A DNA stretch of 63,578 nt, counting the filler, from Phoronis australis (Eukaryota > Animalia > Phoronida), in the NCBI GenBank assembly GCA_002633005.1. It is 6 parts of 6 records of this genome, joined end to end, with 100 filler letters (N's around TTAATTAATTAA, not from the genome) between each part and the next. Parts side by side here need not be neighbours in the genome. Positions count along the whole stretch, not along the records: positions 17,710 to 27,940 come from NMRA01001368.1; positions 28,041 to 30,619 come from NMRA01003587.1; positions 30,720 to 53,356 come from NMRA01000679.1; 3 more parts are not named here. The stretch is one strand, 5' to 3'. The position numbers and the translations under genes are program-made. Of the stretch, positions 23,320-35,853 are shown piece after piece (within the stretch, counting starts at the first letter, position 1; each line of letters starts with the position of its first letter). Below the pieces are notes generated by a model that saw only the letters and a program-made list of their open reading frames with translations, was not told the origin of the DNA and ran no database searches.

Positions 23320-23633
23320 TTACTACACATTTTATCATGCTAAGCTTCGACCGGGAAAATATCGTCTGCTAAAGTAGGTTACAACTAGTAACTGACTATA
23401 GTGCTCAAGTCAAAGGATCCCGACGACACGATACCCACATTCAAATTGGAGATCGGTGATTTACAAGTGAGGGAACACGATAGAAAATGTTCACTGAATT
23501 AAAATATCGTTTTAATGGAAATTATGCGTCTTATTTTTCATAGCGTATAAATATCGGTGCAATGCCCTTTGCTGAACATGCGATTGTTGCGCGTGCTCAT
23601 TTAAGTATTCTATTTTCACGTTCGATGACGTCA

Positions 23634-23705
23634 GCCGCTGAGTGGTGTAGTGGTAAAGTCAGCAACTCGAAACTCTTGAGGCCCGAGTTTAAATCCGGCC
23701 TCGAT
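23634..23705 (+). other. tRNA-like / SINE-head sequence with Pol III A- and B-box-like motifs
   Basis: TGGTGTAGTGG (A box) and GAGTTTAAATCC (B-box-like) at tRNA-like spacing; no acceptor stem. Confidence 0.4.
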
Positions 23706-24427
23706 TTCCCGCCAAATTGATAACTCACTAATGAGATACTAGAACTTTATGGGTTATTACACGGTTGCTGCCATTCGAGGCTAATATTGTGGTATAAATA
23801 TACATAACAGATTACAGAAGAATCTTTCAAATGACCACTGAGTGTCATCTTTCATGCAATTTCATCCAAAAACAAATGACCTCAAGCTCTAAAATACATG
23901 TTGTGTATGACTTTCATCTCAATCAAACTTAAAGTGAATACCACAATATAACATAAACAAAAGTGTAAACGATAAATTTAATAGGCATTAAAAGAGGTTA
24001 CCTGGCAGGTAAATTATATATACAACACTAAGACAAGGCAAGAAACTGATGGATGCCACAGACTGTGTTTGATGAGATCTATCTGTATACCAAGTTTCAG
24101 AAAATGAACAAATTAAAAGTTATTGAAACATCTCGAATAACTCAAGAACTGTGAGTTGTAACAAAAAACACAGATGATATCTATATTGTATAGCGTTTGA
24201 GGATCTGATGTGGCTAGCAGCTCCAGTAATATAGCTCCGCAGACCGAAAACTGTTAACAAACGACCATCACAGAACCATGATCTTGGGTTCAATCTGAAC
24301 CAAAAACACTAGGCCTCGACCTATTAGTGACCAAGTGTTTCTGGTTCACATATAACTTTTTTGTGTGTAGCTCTTATGTTAATCAGTCATTTGAATAATG
24401 TGAAGGGTATAGAACCCAAGTTGTAGT

Positions 24428-24873
24428 TGAACCCTGAGAGGTATGACTGCACTGAACCCTGAGAGGTATGTCTACACTGCAGCCTGAGAGGTATGACTGC
24501 AATGAACCCTGAGAGGTATGAATGCACAGCAGCCTGAGAGGTATGACTGCACTGCAGCCTGAGAGGTATGTCTCCATTACAGCCGGAGAGGTATGACTGC
24601 ACTGAACCGTGAGAGGTATGACTGCACTGAACCCTGAGAGGTATGACTGCACTGAACCCTGAGAGGTATGACTGCGATGCGATGAACCCTGAGAGGTATG
24701 ACTGCACAGCAGCCTGAGAGGTATGACTGCACTGCAGCCTGAGAGATATGTATCCACTACAGCCTGAGAGGTATGACTGCACTGAACCCTGATAGGTATG
24801 TCTCCACTACAGCCTAAGAGGTATGACTGCAATGAATCCTGAGAGGTATGACTGCACAGCAGCCTGAGAGGTA
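24428..24873. repeat. 25-bp variant-repeat minisatellite, ~17.5 units (CTGAGAGGTATG plus variable 13 nt)
   Basis: GAGAGGTATG recurs at 24436, 24461, 24486 and onward; one 30-bp unit. Confidence 0.95.
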
Positions 24874-24894
24874 CAATTGAAGGTAAATGACTGT

Positions 24895-27235
24895 GCGTAT
24901 TGATATATACTTGGTGGATTTACAAACGCTGATCAGAGTTAACAATAGCACGTGAATTATTCTTTTAATATACAACTAAACTATATTGAAATATCTATAA
25001 ACAACACACAGTGACTAAATTAGATGTCAATAACTTTTAAAACAGCGCTTATTGTCCAGGCCATGCCACACTACTTTACTCAAGTAATACACTAACGCGG
25101 ACAACTGATATTCGGAAAAATGCACCAATTTCGATAGTTAGCTTGTAGTTGTAATGAAAGACCTGTTAAGACAACTAAGATGGCTATCTGTGTAGTCAAT
25201 GAGAGAGTGCAAGCAGTAGATGAGGTTGGTTGGTGGGTAAGAGCTGTGATTTAGTTTTTTTATGACTGAAGAAAAGCTAGAATTATTTTAGTTATGTAGT
25301 AACTGCAAACGAAATTCGTCCAGAGGTTCTAAATCCTCAGTTTGGCTGTCACCATATTTGAGCTTTTGTATATATTTTACGATTTGAGTTCTCGTAAAGA
25401 TTGAACATGAACTAATGAGATGTGTAGTTTTGTTTGCTGTGACATCTTTGGTGTAGCTGTAATCTGAAAAAGTTAGGGACGGGTTCACAATTAAATGACT
25501 TTTAAGTTGTTTTGATACTTAATTCCGTTAAAAACAAAATAAAAATAGCAACCCTAACTGGTAAGAAAAAAAAACAAGTAGGCAGGAGTATTAAAAATAA
25601 AGTAATAAAAACAGGTATGAAACATATTTAAAACGTTGGGATCGAAGTGGTCCTTTGTCAAGATCAACGCAAATCAACTTTTAGTCTTTTGTAATATTTA
25701 AAATGTTCCAAGTTAAAACTTCTCTTCATATTGTAGGCTGTAACTCTGTGCAAATGCCAGAGAAAACCAATTTGGGTGTAATAACAACAACTATTGTTGA
25801 GAAAGTAGTGCTAACTATTACCTTCCACTTCATTAGCCAAGATTTTACATCAATAAGAAGGGGGTGTTGAATAGCCATCCTAAAAGTTGTCTGGGGCTTA
25901 GGGAACCAGGGGCTTAGGGAACCAGGGCCTATCCAGTGTAAGCAAGAATTTCTCCACATGAGCACATGATAGGGTACACTGTACCCAGGTAAGACATCAT
26001 ACATACTGTATAGGGTACACAAACACTTAAGGCCCCATACGGTGAATAATACACTTACATGGAAGTCACACATTTCTAAAGATGTGCGGGAATTTTCACC
26101 GCTCGTCCTTCTGAGCGGTTTGTACCAGGATCAAAGAGAGCGCGGCGCCAGAATCAGGTACAATTGTGATGATGGCATTGCCCGATGCGAGCAAGACCCA
26201 ATTAAATGTAATTGTGCGGCCACAAACTGTATTAAACATCTCTGACTGCACACAATGACGAATTTTCAAAATGCATTAACCACTAATTTTCGTTATAAAC
26301 GAACAAATCGGCGGTAATCAGCTGGAAAAAAGCAACCAAGTACGGTTGTCAGCTTTTAAAAATCGATGAAATAATAATCTAAAAACTACAGCCATTGGGT
26401 ACGATTGAAGATAAACTACCGCGCGTATTGATATACTCGGTGGATATACAAACGCTGATCAGAGTTAACAATATCACATGGATTCATTTTTTAATATTCT
26501 TATCTCGTTTAACCAGATATTTGACCAGGAAACAGTTGTTGTGCCCACTTTTCATTTTTATTACTGACAAAGAGCTAGAATAGTTATATAGTCAGTGCTA
26601 CCGAAATTGTCCAGAGATTCCAAATCTTCAGTTTGGTCATTGCCATATTTGTACTTTTGTACATATTTTATGATTTGAGTTCTAATAAAGATTAAAATTT
26701 AATGACAGGTGGAATGTTCAGTGTACCTGTAATGTGGTCAGTTTAGGGATGGGCTCACATTGAACTTAACTAATTAAGTTGAGCTGGCGATCAAAATCTA
26801 CAACTGTTTTGGTACTTCAAGTTCAAAAGTTAGATAAAAAGTTATCAACCCTTTCCCGGTAAAAAAAACAAGTGGGCAGAAGCATTAAAAAATAAATAAA
26901 GAAAAGCAATATGAAACTAATTGTTCCCTTGGGAAGTGGCCCTTTGTGAAGATAAACACAAGTTAACCTTTTTAGTTATTTTGTAGTATTTATAATGTAC
27001 CAAGTTAAAACTACTCTCCAGAGTTGCAGGCTATAACTCTGCAAATGTCAGAGAAAACCAAATTGGGGGTACTAACAACAATCATTGTTGAGACAGTAAT
27101 GCTAGCAATTACCTTTCCACCTCATTAGCTCAGATTCACATCAATACAAAGGGCGTGCTGAATAGGCATCCTAAAAGTTGTCTGGGGCTTAGGGAATCAG
27201 AGGGGTCACCAGTGTAAGCAGAAATTCTCCACATG
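24895..27235 (+). repeat. Diverged direct duplication (~24895-25960 vs ~26422-27235)
   Basis: Colinear shared blocks include ACAAACGCTGATCAGAGTTAACAATA, GATTTGAGTTCT, AGAGAAAACCAA, TCCTAAAAGTTGTCTGGGGCTTAGGGAA and CCAGTGTAAGCA...TTCTCCACATG. Confidence 0.85.
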
Positions 27236-27940
27236 CCACTTCTGCATTGTGCACAACTTGAAGCTGTAAATTCTAAGCCAATGTTGAGCCAGAATGACAT
27301 GACAAGACATTGATCAAGACACTCCTAATAGTAGCGAGGTAATTATTCCCAATTACACTAATGAGTGAGTGATGGGACAGTGGGGAACTGATGGCGATGA
27401 CACTCCAGGACACTGGCGGTCATGTTGGCTTATCAAGACCAACATGGCAACCCAGTTAAACACATAAACACTAGTGGATTTTTGTAACATTTACTGCTCA
27501 ACACAACGCCCCTCCACCACCCACCAATGATCTGGTTTAACCACATATTAAATGGACCACCACAAGGGGTGATAAGACTTACTGAAAGCTGAATACTTAT
27601 AACATCAAGGAAACATGCTGAACACATATCCTCCAATTTAACAGTGGCACAAAAACAACAAGTCTCATCATCAATTTCACAACAGTTATCTAAAAAAGTC
27701 ATTTTAATAAATTCTTTAAAAATGCAAAAACTTACTTAGGCTTTCTGAAGATTAAGAACAAAAATAGTATCCTCTATGGCTGGCAGTTTTGAATTGCTGC
27801 AGGTGCCAGTGATCAACAGACTATGCTCTGTTGTTCATCTAACCATGCATCAATACCTTAATCACACTAAATAGCAAAAATTCCAAACAGAGTATGCATA
27901 TAAATATTTAGTTATTCCCTCAAGATCTTGTGAAGAGCTG

Positions 27941-28040
27941 NNNNNNNNNNNNNNNNNNNNNNNNNNNNNNNNNNNNNNNNNNNNTTAATTAATTAANNNN
28001 NNNNNNNNNNNNNNNNNNNNNNNNNNNNNNNNNNNNNNNN
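27941..28040. other. Assembly linker N44-TTAATTAATTAA-N44
   Basis: Seen directly. Confidence 0.99.
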
Positions 28041-29603
28041 CTAACAAGAGGTAGATTATTGCTATGGTTACTATTTCTGGACAGTTGTCTCTCAGTTGGC
28101 AATGCTGCCTGTTTGTTTTTGCATCTGTCGACGCGTGAAAATGACAAGAAAATGGTTCCCGTGAATGTGGCATGTCTGAGGTGGAGTGCAGAGGAATTTT
28201 TACATGGTTGAACTGTCTCAAGCTTGATTTTCTTTGAAGTTTTGGATGCATGGCCAGCATGGACCTCTCAAACACAATGTAAAAGTATATTCACGTGGGA
28301 TGCATGTTGCAGTTAGCTCTGTCCACTGCGTACTTTCCAAAGCCCTTGCTGGACCTTAATGAGATTTGGAAGATGTGTTTTTATGAAGCTGGCTACATGA
28401 CATTTTTGGACTGATCCAAGTACCTCTATGCCTCCTCGCGGCAGTTTTTAGTTTTTTTACGCTTGCTTCTTGGTCAACACTTGTCTCGTTGATCTTACTA
28501 TACTTTTGGGGTTTGAAAGGAAACAACAGTCATGTCAATGTTTTGGCAATGTTGTACCCACACTCAAGCTACTAATTAATGTACATCTATGTTCTTTGTT
28601 GTTGATTCCAGTAAGCTTGTGCTAGGTAGTAAGTCTTTACACCATACTATTAACTTTTTCCAGGGGAAGGTGAAGTCCGTGACAGAGACCACTTCATCAA
28701 CTTACATTGAACCGACGCCCAACTTTGACTGTCATATATCCAAGACTCCTGTTGACCTGTCTTCTATGACTCTGAAGAAATCATTTGAATCTGCTCAGGT
28801 TTGTGGAAAGCTTATGGTCTGTGACTGTTGTTTTTCACTTAGTTTGAATAGTGCACAGTATGAATTTTGTCCAACAATCACCAGTGAAAGTACAATGTTT
28901 ACAGACCTGGGGCCCATTACGAGAAACTGGCTGACGTCCATTTTTTGTTTTTAATCCAAAATACCTTGCATGCTGATGAAGAATCTTTGCTAAGATTGAC
29001 TTAATATCTTAACTTTAATTCAACTCTCACTATGTCTTAACTCATTCGACCCTGAGCACCATATGTAATAAATTGCTTAGTGGCCTGGCTGAGCTGTGGA
29101 ATGTCTACCCCCTTGAAGTCGGAGGGTATTTCACTCAGAACTAGGTCACAAGCACTGCACATAATGAAAACCTCATCACTCAGTCATTAGTAAGGGCTGT
29201 TCCAGTAAAATCCGTATGGGAGGGGGGGGACGGCAGTTGAAATAAAAATTTATGGGTGGTTGTGTTTGATTTAAATTCAAAATGACTGGTGGTCGTACTT
29301 CAAAAAAATAAAAATTTACAGGTCGTTGTTGTTTCATTGTGCCATAAATGTTTGATGGTGGGTAATTTCAGTAGGTTTTATAAACAATCCACACATAATC
29401 AACAACTAAACTAAACACAACTTGCAAAAAGCGGCGACTTTTTCCAATCCCTCCGATCTCCCCATCGGCATGCCCATAACACCAGTCAACCACAGGCGCT
29501 CGAATTTCCCGATGGCTAATAATAGAAACGCATGTTTTCATAGTAGTGAATGACGACAGTGGTGATCGAGGAATAGCGCCTGTGCAGTCAACCACAAAAA
29601 CAA

Positions 29604-29919
29604 NNNNNNNNNNNNNNNNNNNNNNNNNNNNNNNNNNNNNNNNNNNNNNNNNNNNNNNNNNNNNNNNNNNNNNNNNNNNNNNNNNNNNNNNNNNNNNNNN
29701 NNNNNNNNNNNNNNNNNNNNNNNNNNNNNNNNNNNNNNNNNNNNNNNNNNNNNNNNNNNNNNNNNNNNNNNNNNNNNNNNNNNNNNNNNNNNNNNNNNNN
29801 NNNNNNNNNNNNNNNNNNNNNNNNNNNNNNNNNNNNNNNNNNNNNNNNNNNNNNNNNNNNNNNNNNNNNNNNNNNNNNNNNNNNNNNNNNNNNNNNNNNN
29901 NNNNNNNNNNNNNNNNNNN
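29604..29919. other. Sized assembly gap (316 N)
   Basis: Seen directly. Confidence 0.99.
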
Positions 29920-30619
29920 CAACAGAGACATAGCATGCATTTCCGGTGGCATTTTTATTTTTCTAATTAGTTTTAATAGCGATTTTACTATGGCGCAAGG
30001 AAAACTGCGTTGGGTGCTTCGTGATTGCTGAACATTTGTCTACGACGAGTCACGACTTGTGTGAATACGTGCAGCAATAAGCAGATTAGGATGTCTTGGA
30101 AAAAGGTAAGCTATCTCCGTTCATTGTTTCTACATATACTCCTCATGAGAATATATTCAATAGTTACTCTGTTATTTTTTAACTCCAGTAATTAACTTAT
30201 ATGGGACTTCTATAGCGGATTGACGAAAGTTAGCAGACGAACTTTTTGACTGATTTCCGTCTTCTGCTCTCTTTCAATGTGAGAACGCCGTTCTTTTAAT
30301 GGAAAACTTAACTAATTGTGATGCATTAACTTCTAGAATAGTTTTGTGGATTTCCTGAACACCTGGCATTCTTCACTGGTCGGGTCGGCCACTTGAGTTG
30401 TCTAATTGGAACTGGGAGTGAGTTTTGGTCAAGATTGTTCACAGAGTTACGCTTTAACATTGTTTTCTGTAGGTCTAATTTTATGTTAGAGTTGTGCTTA
30501 AAATTTTAACACTGTTTATAGGTGAAGTTAGGAGTTCCGCTCTAGTCGATTTCCACGTGTGTTTCTGAAAGTAATTGTAGCGGTTGCCTTGTTACAAAGT
30601 TGCATACTAAATATTTAGT

Positions 30620-30719
30620 NNNNNNNNNNNNNNNNNNNNNNNNNNNNNNNNNNNNNNNNNNNNTTAATTAATTAANNNNNNNNNNNNNNNNNNNNNNNNN
30701 NNNNNNNNNNNNNNNNNNN
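30620..30719. other. Assembly linker N44-TTAATTAATTAA-N44
   Basis: Seen directly. Confidence 0.99.
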
Positions 30720-31004
30720 AGAGCACACACGGGGCTTCAGCATCCACACACTTTTTGTCAGTTAGTTGACCCTGTTGACCGCAGTTGTCCACGAATATAG
30801 TAACCTTAGGTCTTTTGGGAATTTGTGGCCACCTGTCGAAGACTTGCACCCGGGAAATTAGCAGTAATAAGGCTTAGCGCGACGACGTATTTTGATAAAA
30901 ATTCCATCTTTTACCAGTTGTTTACATGCAGACAGCCACGCATGCGCAATTCAATCACCACTAGTACAGCAGCGACACCGCAAGGAAAATTCTCCGAATA
31001 GCCC

Positions 31005-31142
31005 CATTACGTCATTGGATAATTTCAACACCTCCGTCTGCCGTCAGGTGTCAGGTAACGCAACCGAACGTGCTGTTGTCGAGTAGAACTACTCGATCTA
31101 AATTGATATAAAATGGTTTGTTTTTTTGGGTGGCATTCTCCT
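31005..31142 (-). mobile_element. Terminus of a TTAA-flanked non-autonomous element (Kolobok-like); second copy at 51793
   Basis: Reverse complement TTAA|AGGAGAATGCCACCC...GGTTGCGTTACCTGACACCTGACGGCAGACGG matches 51789-51925. Confidence 0.7.
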
Positions 31143-33249
31143 TTAAGGAGATTCGGCCGCAGACGGTTGAGACTAGAAAGTGACAAAATCGTCAGATCCC
31201 TTCCAAAGTCAACGTAAAATGTAGCTTTCTTATCAGGAACACATCTGCAAAGTTTCATAATGACCCATTGAGTGGCTTGGTAGATAGAGAGGCGGGAGCT
31301 AGAAAACGGATGCGAAAATAAAAAATGTAACCACAAGGTGGAGTAAAATCCATCAAATCTGTCCAAAAATGGAATGGCATTGTGATCACCTTATTCAAAA
31401 ACTATGTGCCTAAGTTCATAAAATAACATCAAGGAACTCCATAGATACAGAGACAAACATAAAAAATAAAACCGCGAATAGTGGGCAGAGCGGAAGTCAG
31501 ATCGATCCGAAAGCCGCCACCATTCATTTTCATCTTCATAGGAACACACCTACTAAATTTTAATAAGATCAATAGGTTCAGGAGATACAACAGCAGAAGC
31601 TGGATGTCCAGACAGAGACAACAACAATATCCGTAAGACAACAACTACTCTCATGCCCCTTACGGGCAAATTTGCCTTATATCTTTTGTGGTCGCTGCTA
31701 CGTCAATTGAAAGTTCAAAACATTAAATAAATCCTTATTGGAAAGCTTAAGAATCGTTATTTTTGGTAAAGCATTGCTTTACTCACACAAACTGTAACTG
31801 ATTGGTAAAAGTATGTATAGGGATCTGAACAGTACGCTAAAAAGTGGTTTTGAACACTTAACTGTCTTTCCAACTTAGGAGGAAATGAGCAGATGAGAAA
31901 ACTCAAGTTGAGGAATCCCCATGAGTCACAATCAGGTGATCAGAGGAATATACCTGTCCTCGTGGCACAATTGGCATCAGGCTACCTGCTGCACTTTATG
32001 CAGTATCCACTAAAGTGATTCAGTTGAACAGTGAAAATAAGTAACTGCAAGAAATACACAATAACCTACATATCTCTATCTAAGACACATACCTGTTGTC
32101 GACAATGTTTCATGGCATGAGTCCCATATGACACATTGTTCAGCTCATCCTGTAGTACAAAGTGGTTCAGAGTTTATGATACAACTTGGAATTCACGATC
32201 TGAAAGAAGTGAATTCAAACATTTGTCAAAGAGTGATTCTCCCGTTGCCTCAGAATGTTCATATGAAAACTTGATTTTCTTGCTATAACCTTGACATGTA
32301 GTCAAGGTCATCAAAGCACACAGGTAACTGGACATAACCCAAGTACAGCTCGATTCAAAATATCAAAAAAGGAAAGCTTCCAACATCTTATAAGGAAAAA
32401 CTGAATGCTGTTGCAGCAAACATCGAAAATGCCCAGCAGGCTACCAGAATAGATTGGTGCCTGTAACCTACCTAGACATCAGAACAAAATATGGAGAAAT
32501 TTAATTAAAACTGCCTTCTTGATATTAACATTTTCTAAACACAAATTTGATTTTCTCTCCTTGACTCTGAAAACAATGTCAAGGTAGCCAAAATCCACTG
32601 GTGCCTGGAAGTACTCCACCTACACATGCTCCACCACTGGAACTGGTGAGACTTGGCTAAAATATATCTTACATTAGTTTTAGTAGTCTTGGATGTATTT
32701 TCTTTTTTGAACAATTGAGCCACGAAAGACTGCAACAACCACTCGATTTGAAAAAAACATGATGTTTTAGAGAGAATAAAACATTTACGAACTTGCAGAC
32801 ACAACACTTATATTTCAGAACGACACAGAGGCCAACTCGACACTTGCAGTGCCATCTATTGATTGGCAATAAAACCATCATATATTGAAGCATCCATCCA
32901 AAAAATAAAAAACAAAAACACAGAAAACAAACTAGATATAAGAACTCTATAGCTAAGAACTGTCTAATAGTCCACACATAAAATACACTAAGCAGCCTTT
33001 TAAGTAGAATGCTGGTCGTCGATCACAAACTGGTCAGGAACATGTGTTGTAGAGTCACTAGACGTTACAGCAACTCTGGTTTGTGCAGCAAAGAGTATCA
33101 CCCAATATGGTGTATTGAGGTTCATAGGACTTGTGGAGGTGCATTCTATTACGTTGATGGCATCTGCTAGGGGTTTGCACTTCATAAGATCTGTATAACT
33201 AAGTTGCTATGTCATAAATCCTTTCTCAAACTCTTCAGTGCCAAGTTGA

Positions 33250-34170
33250 ATTCCCACACAGTCACTAAGACAAGGTAAGGTAGGTCCTTGGCATGTTGAT
33301 TATAATGTTGAGCCATCTCTTCCATTTTGTAACTGTCACTGTAATACAAGTGCGATTTCTTGCCACGTAGAAGTAACATTCTGGCTGAGACAGGCACCAG
33401 AGAACTTGCGCAACAACCGAGTAATTGCTAAGCTGGGCTACTACCCACACCTTGTTGTGGGTTATTACGCGACTCAAATGGGGATCCATCTAAGATTTGT
33501 TGCGCTTGCGAAATCAAGTCTTGGCTGCCTTGACTTTTTCGTTTCACTGGGAGTGCTTTGGCAAAGTCATGTGATGCCAAAAGTTCCATGTGTGTAGTGA
33601 CTTCCTGGATCTGATATGATCACAGAAGGAATACCATAACAAGCAAAATGTTTCTATCTTCTAATGATGGCCAACACAGACAATGAAGGGAGACAATCCT
33701 CTTCACAGAAGTAGTAATCTACAATAATGTGATAGTCCTCACTATCAAAGGAAAATGTATCCATGCCCACCTTTTCCCAGGGATGAAAGGGGGTACCGTG
33801 TGAGCGCAGGGATTCCTTTGGTGGTGCTCTCTCGTATGTTTTGCAAGCATCACACTGTTGAATGAGCTGTTTTGTTTTCGACAGTCATTCCTGGCCAGTA
33901 TAAGCATTCTTGTGCTCTACGTAAAGTACTTTCAACACCAAGATGTAGCTCATGGAGGAGATTCTTCTTTGAGCTTGCATGCAAAAACGGACAACTCTCT
34001 CCACTTGGAAAATTAGTCCACCTTTTAAAAAGCACTCGTTGCGAATGGAGAAGAAAGGTTGAAGCAACTGTGGAAGATCGTTCTTGTTCTGGCCATCCAT
34101 CATTTATGACAATAGCAAGTAGCTGAAGGATTAGTAAGTGTTCTGTTGCAGTTCAGTAAGTCTATGGTGA
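33250..34170 (-). pseudogene. Gypsy (Ty3) pol remnant: RNase H-integrase connection, integrase HHCC zinc finger and core
   Basis: DGWPE, LPQLLQPFFSIRNE..GGLIF, LHLGVESTLRRAQECLYWPGM, IIVDYY, HFACYGIPSVIISD, RNNPQQGVGSSPA, YNQHAKDLP; many frameshifts. Confidence 0.88.
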
Positions 34171-35065
34171 CATATCACAGCAGAGCCTGGTGAAGGAAAT
34201 CTCAAAAGCGCTGCATTTTACAAGGCGAAGTGTCTGGTAGAGCACAAAAGATTTCCGTGGATTTATCAGCATAAGGTCTGCATACGTAACGAGCCCCATT
34301 GTGTGATCTGTGTACACCATCAATTGACCAGTCATAAAACTTTATTACTTCAGCCAAGTTGTCTTCAGTTGTAAAAACACAACTTCTTGACTTTTAGACA
34401 GAGATCACTTTTGATATTTTATTTGAATTCCTGATAAAAAATACTGCAAAACCGTATCTTACACTTTTGAATTTGTTGTTTGTTGAGGCGTTTTTCTAAG
34501 TACTACGGCTCTGGCCCTAAGTGCCTATGAATATTTATCTACACTTTTTGACTCGTTTAGTTCATTCTGTTCGAAAAGTTTTAAAATTAGCAAAATAAGT
34601 GTTTAAACACACCTTTGAAAAGATTCGTGTCTTTAAGTACAGGCCTGTAGCCAGCATTGCACAGGAGTGGTTCGAATTTCTAGAAACGTCGACACTCGAG
34701 TTTTCGGTAAGGCGCTTGAAGCTTAATTATGGGAAAAAGAATTCTTTTTCCACGACAACAATAGCTCTCAGCTCCATGTCTTTCTGAGATAAGATGGAAT
34801 TTGTAATACCAGAAATGAGGATGTGACGGTTGCTCGCAAGAAAATGGAACTCAAATTCGGACGTAATGTGATCAACAAATATAGGCCTAACGCTCTCGCG
34901 TTACCTCCTGCCAAACTTTCAAATTGAGCTTTTTTAAATGAGTGATTACACCTCATTACATGCTCGGACAGTAATATTTAGTCAGAGATGAGTTGACGTA
35001 GTTTTTCATCTGATTACATTTTTGTTAAAAGTTGCTTACATCGCTGGAAATGGGAACAGCCCATT

Positions 35066-35815
35066 ATTACAAAGGTTCACTACTTCAAAGGTTCACCACT
35101 CCAAAAATGTCTAAAATTTCTGACTCGGGTGTAACTGTTATACTTTTACATGCAAAAAAATGACACTTTAATAAATCACTTTGTTTGGATTTATGTGCAT
35201 GTGAAATTGTCTGCATGTCTTACGGAAAAATGAGTAAGTACTTGCATTTCTAAAAAATATGAAGCAGGAATGTTGATGAATTATCAACCACAATACATTC
35301 ATCAATCCCATGTCAAGATCACATCATCTCACAGCGCAACAGAAAAGTTTAGGGCCGCTATGCTTCAACCTCACCCACCAGAACTAATTGCACGGCCGCA
35401 TAGAAACCAAATGCAGTTAGTAGGCTACCCTGTCCCTGGCAGTCTTCACGAAGTCTCATCCAGTCTTCTTAAATTTAAAACTGCCGTTGGTCGCCGCATC
35501 CCGGACCCGTGCCCCAGATGTTGTCTTTAATTGAGAATGAGTCTTTACTTAGATTCCAAAATCACGATTGCCAGTGATTGGAACTGAGCTCTTTTGTAAA
35601 CAATGTAAATCAATTTTTGGGACTATTGAACTCTTGCACACCCTTTAAGTGGTTACTTAATTGACACAAATACAATACTTAATTCATGTTGGTGCTGAAT
35701 CATTAGTGAAAAATCAGAGTAATGAACTGTAGGAGTTTTGGTTTCGGAATTTTGGACATTCGAAGTAGTGAACTTTCGAAGGTAGCAAACCTTCGGATTA
35801 GTGAATCTTAGGACA
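35066..35815. mobile_element. Non-autonomous element with inverted ~16-bp subterminal repeats
   Basis: GGTTCACTACTTC units on the left and TTCGAAGTAGTGAAC units on the right; ends imprecise. Confidence 0.4.
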
Positions 35816-35853
35816 TGTAACCTTGGAAATCTTTTCCATCAAGTTTGTTGCTC

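Larger units (their letters stand above)
21804..23800. mobile_element. Putative non-autonomous element with a terminal long hairpin and an internal/terminal inverted-repeat pair (possibly Crypton-like)
   Basis: Imperfect ~65-bp-arm palindrome at 21804-21960. TATTTATACCACA (21962-21974) is the exact reverse complement of TGTGGTATAAATA (23788-23800). TA-rich flanks; superfamily is inference. Confidence 0.5.

Noticed and set aside
23634-23705. Functional tRNA gene
   Set aside because: No acceptor stem pairing and a non-canonical T-loop; kept only as a tRNA-like remnant.
24428-24873. CRISPR-like alternation of constant and variable segments
   Set aside because: The constant part is only 12 nt, the variable parts are related and recurring 13-mers, no cas genes are present and the context is eukaryotic.
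29368-30031. ORFs spanning poly-X
   Set aside because: They read through the N gap and are artefacts.
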